A DNA stretch of 64,000 nt, from NCBI GenBank assembly GCA_963664015.2, contig CAXXLF010000002.1, positions 672,001-736,000 on the forward strand, given 5' to 3'. Below, one piece after another: positions 59,742 to 64,000 of the stretch (position 1 is its first letter; each line of letters opens with the position of its first letter). Below the pieces are notes generated by a model. It saw only the letters and a program-made list of their open reading frames with translations. It was not told the DNA's origin and searched no databases. A program made the position numbers and the translations under genes. The DNA comes from Candidatus Binatia bacterium. Its GTDB lineage: Bacteria > Desulfobacterota > Binatia > UBA9968 > CAXXLF01.

Positions 59742-60763
59742 TCAGGACGGCAACGCCACTGAGGAGCCAAGCAAGTTGAGAGCGTTCTCGCATTCGATCT
59801 TACGCCTGACCTGCACCGGTACGTTCAAGGCGACAATTTCTTCCATGGTGGAAGGAATGCCATCCTCGAGCAGGGTATAAGGATAGTCGCCTCCTAGCAC
59901 AATCACGTGGTCACCGGCCTCGGCCATAACGATGGACAGGACATGTCGGTCCAGAGTGTGGGTATCGAGCCAGATGTGGGAGAGGTAATCGCCCAGAGTC
60001 TTTGTGGCCCAGGCTGGAAGGGCCTCGCCGTGTTGCTCATGGACTCGTATAGCCTGACGACGATGATAATCCCATCAACCGCAACAGATAGGCGTCATTC
60101 CCCCCGAGCTGACAGAACATGAACCTGACATCCGGATACTTATCGAAAGTTCCGTTGGTCGCCATGCGGAGGATACACAGCGCGTCGTCGATAAAGAGAC
60201 CGAATCCACCCCCTAAGAAACATATTGTCGAGGCGCAGGGCTTTCATCCATTGATCGGGAACCGTGCTGGGATGGACCAAGACCGGCACATCCCGATCCC
60301 GCGCAAGATCGAATATGGGCTCAAAGACCGGATCGTCCAGCGCAATTCCATCGTAGCTGGCCACCAGTCCAATGGCTACAATGGCCGGCAGCGACAGCGA
60401 GCGATCCAGTTGCCGAATCGCCTCCTTGCCCCCGAAGGGATCCACAGATGCCGCCGCCAAGAATTTACCATTGTGGGAAGCGAGATCCTCCGACATGGAT
60501 CGATTGTAGTCCTCGACGGTCTCGTTTAGTGAACCGCCCAGGGCGCGCAACCCCGCCAGGAGGGAACCATGCTCGACAACAATACCGACATCCACATCGG
60601 ACTTCCCCATCAGGTTTTCATGAACCGATAGGTCCCGCCAGCCAGGCCTGGCGGCAACAATATCTTGAACGGCCCCCCGTCCCGCCCGGTGTCTGGTGAG
60701 CTGTTCGGCAAAGGCCGAAGGCAGGGAATGAACATTACAGTCGATGCGGCGGATGGTGGACAT
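59742..60763 (-). pseudogene. Amidohydrolase_2 (ACMSD-like) family pseudogene
   Basis: IDCNVH and VPVLVHP, then a frameshift in the G5 run (60209-13). The new frame reads FDKYPDVRF..QLGG, hits an in-frame TGA at 60077-75, and continues to LGGDYPY..ENALNLL. Confidence 0.8.
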
Positions 60764-60911
60764 AGGACCTTTCCAGATAATGAATTACCGTTTAACTTCT
60801 TAACTGGTAACACTACGGCCATCTAACAAACGGTTTCAGTCCCTCTCAAGCCGCCCTCAGCCGTGTCTGGGTTGCAAATAAGGTGTCTCAACTAAGGCTC
60901 AAGGGCATTAC

Positions 60912-60941
60912 TTGACAAGGGGCTTTGCCACCGGCTATGTT
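60912..60941 (+). promoter_or_regulatory. Candidate sigma70 promoter
   Basis: TTGACA-N18-TATGTT upstream of coxG. Confidence 0.4.
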
Positions 60942-60991
60942 TCGCTCTGAACGCAGCAATGCGCAAAATGCATCATGAATGTGGGGGCTGG

Positions 60992-61438
60992 ATGAAAATT
61001 ACTGGACGATACTCATTCCCGGGATCAACCAAACAGGTCTGGGACTTGCTCACGGACGTGAAGGCACTGCAGAACTGCACACCGGGATGTAAAGGGATGG
61101 AGGAAATTGGCCCGGACGAATACAAGGCAACCATGGAAATCGGTGTCGGCCCGATCAACGGGTCCTTCAGCGGAAAAATTCGTATGGCGGATAAGGAAGA
61201 GCCCAATCGTTACAAGTTGTACGTCGAGGGTTCGGGAATGGTTGGTTTTGTTAAGGGTGAGGGTTTACTGGAGCTTCAAGTGGAGGAAGCCGATAAGACC
61301 GCCGTTCTGGTTAGCGGGGACGCTCAAGTCGGGGGCCTGGTCGCAGGAGTCGGGCAGCGCCTGCTGGAGGGAGTGTCGAAACAGTTCATTGGTCAATTTT
61401 TCAAGTGCATGGCAAGCCAGCTTGCCGAACGAAAGTAA
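60992..61438 (+). CDS. coxG: CoxG (SRPBCC) family protein
   Basis: VWDLLTD..L..CTPGC, IGVGPING.FSG, QVGGLVAGVGQRLL..QFF. Confidence 0.85.
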   Translation: MKITGRYSFPGSTKQVWDLLTDVKALQNCTPGCKGMEEIGPDEYKATMEIGVGPINGSFSGKIRMADKEEPNRYKLYVEGSGMVGFVKGEGLLELQVEEADKTAVLVSGDAQVGGLVAGVGQRLLEGVSKQFIGQFFKCMASQLAERK

Positions 61439-61505
61439 AACTCATTTTACGAGCGATTTCTAACTAGTTAATCTTGGATAAAGCGGGTAAGCGTCGGAGG
61501 GGCTC

Positions 61506-62228
61506 ATGGCATTAGAAGAGATTCGTATCCCGCGTGAAGGCGGGGATATCGGCGGCTTGTTGGCGGCTCCCTCGGGGAACGGTCCCTTTCCGGGAATCGT
61601 GTTGATCCCCACGGTACGGGCCTTTGATGATTTCGTCCGCTACGCGGTTGGGCGGCTTGCCGGTGACGGCTGGGTAACCCTGGGAGTCAATATATTCGAC
61701 CACCCGGGCGTTCCCGAAGATCCGTTCAAACGGCCGGGGGCCCAACCGGACGAGCAAATCCTGACAGACCTGAACGCGGGCCTGAACCTGTTAAAAAACA
61801 ATCCTCTCGTGAAGGGGCAGCCCATATTCGCTTGGGGCTACTGCATTGGAGGCCGTTTCTCCCTGCTCTGGCCGACCTATCAGAAGGAGATTGCAGGCGC
61901 TGCCGCCTTCCATGGATTCCCGACCAACGACACCTCGAATCCCAATACGCCGACCGAACCCGCCGGCCGGATGGCCCAGTTGACGGTCCCGGTTATCGGC
62001 TGCTTCGGAGAGGCCGACCGATTGGTTCCTATGAAAGAAGTGGAACGTTACCGTAGTGAGCTTTCCCAGCATAAAAAGAACTTCGAGATTCACACCTACC
62101 CGGGGACCGATCACGGGTTCACTAATCCAAAGGGATCCGCTTACAAACAAGAGTTCGCCGAGGATGCCTGGAAGCGGGCTACCGATTTCCTCCGTCGCTC
62201 AGCAGCGACTGCAAAGGGCAACCCATGA
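61506..62228 (+). CDS. Dienelactone hydrolase family protein
   Basis: GYCIGG nucleophile elbow, GEAD, YPGTDHGF. Confidence 0.92.
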   Translation: MALEEIRIPREGGDIGGLLAAPSGNGPFPGIVLIPTVRAFDDFVRYAVGRLAGDGWVTLGVNIFDHPGVPEDPFKRPGAQPDEQILTDLNAGLNLLKNNPLVKGQPIFAWGYCIGGRFSLLWPTYQKEIAGAAAFHGFPTNDTSNPNTPTEPAGRMAQLTVPVIGCFGEADRLVPMKEVERYRSELSQHKKNFEIHTYPGTDHGFTNPKGSAYKQEFAEDAWKRATDFLRRSAATAKGNP

Positions 62229-63100
62229 AACCTCCGCGTTTTGAATACTACGATCCCCGAACTGTGGAAGAGGCGCTGAAGCTATTCACCGATCAACCGG
62301 GTGAGAGCAAGGTCCTGTCCGGCGGCCAAAGCCTGATGCCGCTCCTGAACATGAGGCTGCTCCGGCCCAAGGCAATCATCGATATCAACCGCATTGAAAG
62401 CCTAAAAACGGTGCGGCCGTGGAATCAGGGTCTTTCCGTCGGCGCAGGGGTAGCCGTACTAGCCATTGAAACGGACCGCCAGTTCGCCGAGCGTCTTCCC
62501 ATCCTGTATGATGCGGCCCGCCACATCGCCCATCCCCAGATCCGCAGCCGTGGCACCATCTGCGGCAGCATCGCCCATGCGGATTCGGCGGCCGAGCTGC
62601 CGGCTTTGGCGGTTGCCTTGAAAGCAGAAATGGTGGCCACGGGGTCCAGTGGAACTCGAACTATTTCCAGCGACGAATTTTTCATCAGCTACTTCACAAC
62701 GAGTCTTCAGCCCAACGAGATCCTGACGGAGGTCCGCTTTCCCGCCCCTCCCGAAAAGATGGCCTGGTCCTTTCTCGAGGTTAGCCGGCGCCATGGGGAC
62801 TTTGCAATGGTGGGAATCGTGACCGGCCTGGAACTGGATCCGACGGGAAAGCAAATCAAGGACGCCCGCCTGGTTTACTTCGGCGTTGGACCGACACCGG
62901 TGAGACTCGAAGAAGCCGAACAGGCCCTGGTCGGTCAAGCACCGGGACAACCGGCATTTCAGGCCGCATCGGATGTTGCCAGCAAAACATTAGACCCTGA
63001 CAACGACCTGCACGCGTCGGCGGACTACCGCCGCCATGTGGCCGGGGCTTTGACCCGGCGTTCGCTGGACCAGGCATGGCGCAAACTTGGAGGCAACTGA
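62225..63100 (+). CDS. Mo-hydroxylase FAD-binding medium subunit (CoxM/CutM-like)
   Basis: MKPPRFEY..P, SGGQSLMPLLNMRL, AHPQIRSRGTICGSIAHAD, RRHGDFA. Confidence 0.93.
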   Translation: MKPPRFEYYDPRTVEEALKLFTDQPGESKVLSGGQSLMPLLNMRLLRPKAIIDINRIESLKTVRPWNQGLSVGAGVAVLAIETDRQFAERLPILYDAARHIAHPQIRSRGTICGSIAHADSAAELPALAVALKAEMVATGSSGTRTISSDEFFISYFTTSLQPNEILTEVRFPAPPEKMAWSFLEVSRRHGDFAMVGIVTGLELDPTGKQIKDARLVYFGVGPTPVRLEEAEQALVGQAPGQPAFQAASDVASKTLDPDNDLHASADYRRHVAGALTRRSLDQAWRKLGGN

Positions 63101-63615
63101 TGGCAACCAACCGAACAGTCCAACTTAGAGTAAACGGCGTGGAGCACGAGGGAACGGTAGAGGTACGCAAGACCCTATCCGATTTCCTTCGGGAAGACTT
63201 AGGGCTTTGCGGCACCAACATCGGGTGCGAGCATGGCGTTTGCGGTGCCTGTACCGTGCTCATGAACGGTGAGACCGTTCGCTCCTGTCTCCTCCTCGCC
63301 GTACAAGCCGATGGTATGGAACTCATGACCGTCGAAGGCCTCGCCAGTCCCACCGGGGAGCTGCATCCCATCCAGGAAGCCTTCCGGGAAAAACACGGCC
63401 TCCAATGCGGTTTTTGTACCCCCGGTTTCCTGGTGACGACCTATAAACTTCTCCAATCCAACCCGAACCCTAGTCTTGACGAGATCAAGGAGTGGCTAGC
63501 GGGCCACCTGTGCCGGTGCACAGGGTACGAGGATATTCTCGAATCGGTCAAACTGGCGGCAGCCCGGCTGCGTGGCGAAAGTGACGCACCGCAGCCGCTT
63601 CCGAAATCATCTTAA
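63100..63615 (+). CDS. Mo-hydroxylase [2Fe-2S] small subunit (CoxS/CutS-like)
   Basis: GCEHGVCGACTV..SC, LQCGFCTPG, LCRCTGY; TGATG overlap. Confidence 0.95.
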   Translation: MATNRTVQLRVNGVEHEGTVEVRKTLSDFLREDLGLCGTNIGCEHGVCGACTVLMNGETVRSCLLLAVQADGMELMTVEGLASPTGELHPIQEAFREKHGLQCGFCTPGFLVTTYKLLQSNPNPSLDEIKEWLAGHLCRCTGYEDILESVKLAAARLRGESDAPQPLPKSS

Positions 63616-63663
63616 TAGAGTTTACTATCTTGGCCTAAAGCGACGGGTCGCGAGGAAAATTCC

Positions 63664-64000
63664 ATGCGCAGGAGTTTCCCCTTGAAACATGCCGGAGGCT
63701 ATCGAGCCATGTAGGGCAAGGGATGTACGGCCCAAGGGACCTTTGCATTTCTCTCGGGGACTGAAGGCATCGATGCAGAAACGCTAAAGGTCCTTCCCAC
63801 GATGGATGAGCATGTCGACATGGCCTGGGACAAGATCAAGGAGCGACTGGGCGATATGGGAACCTCGTGCGATGATATCGTACAAAAAATAACTTTCGTG
63901 ACAGAAATGGACGAATGGTTCCGCCACGATATCTGGTACCAGAACCGCTGGCTAAAAAAGAACAGTCCCAAGCTGATGGAAGAGGAACCTGCTGGAACTC
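63664..64000 (+). pseudogene. RidA/YjgF-family protein with in-frame TAG at 63712 (3' truncated by window edge)
   Basis: MRRSFPLKHAGGYRAM*GKGCTAQGTFAFLSGTEGID..AWDKIKERL..MGTS.DDIVQKITFV; not in the ORF track. Confidence 0.6.

Noticed and set aside
60075-60077. Sec at the TGA in the amidohydrolase
   Set aside because: The position fits a conserved Arg (CGA>TGA), the gene also has a frameshift, and no SECIS-like stem is evident.
22684-63615. Aerobic CO dehydrogenase
   Set aside because: The large subunits have HMRGPG and YFRAPG rather than AYxCSFR or AYxGAGR, and no coxL lies beside coxMS in the window.
63712-63714. Pyrrolysine at the RidA-like TAG
   Set aside because: No pyl or methylamine methyltransferase genes are seen; a point nonsense mutation is simpler.
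1-64000. Alternative genetic code (UGA=Trp/Gly) to explain the in-frame TGAs
   Set aside because: Many intact genes end in TGA at the expected C-terminus, with TGATG/ATGA coupling (16361, 45882, 62225, 63100). Trp is encoded by TGG throughout.
1-64000. CRISPR array, tRNA, rRNA, integrase or transposase
   Set aside because: No regularly spaced 23-47 bp repeats, cloverleaf or rRNA signature, or recombinase motifs were seen.

Overview
A gene-dense bacterial window, mostly accessory catabolic genes. Its content resembles Deltaproteobacteria-like lineages such as Ca. Binatia (inference only). It encodes 5 UbiD-family (de)carboxylases, 5 bicupins (2 gentisate-dioxygenase-like), 2 PhtD-like proteins, 2 heme-oxygenase-like diiron (PqqC/CADD-like) proteins, 2 orphan Mo-hydroxylase large subunits plus a separate CoxG/M/S set, and TTT, Dpp, Fe-type ABC and TAXI binding proteins. 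A short housekeeping stretch (ABC-F, IscA/ErpA, SirB1-like) lies in the middle. The top finding is missed by the ORF track: an OsmC-family gene (15801-16361, minus) with an in-frame UGA at the catalytic Cys position, followed by a SECIS-like hairpin. This probable selenoprotein sits in a coupled operon ubiD / PqqC-CADD-like oxidase / CxxCC HesB-like protein / Sec-OsmC / ComDE-like decarboxylase / class II aldolase / gentisate-dioxygenase-like cupin. Also found: an unannotated 54-aa Cys-rich ORF behind a sigma54 + IHF + UAS promoter layout, a cupin duplication that includes its promoter, several single-lesion pseudogenes and REP-like repeats. No rRNA, tRNA, CRISPR array or intact transposase was seen. 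All family calls come from motif recognition, not database searches.
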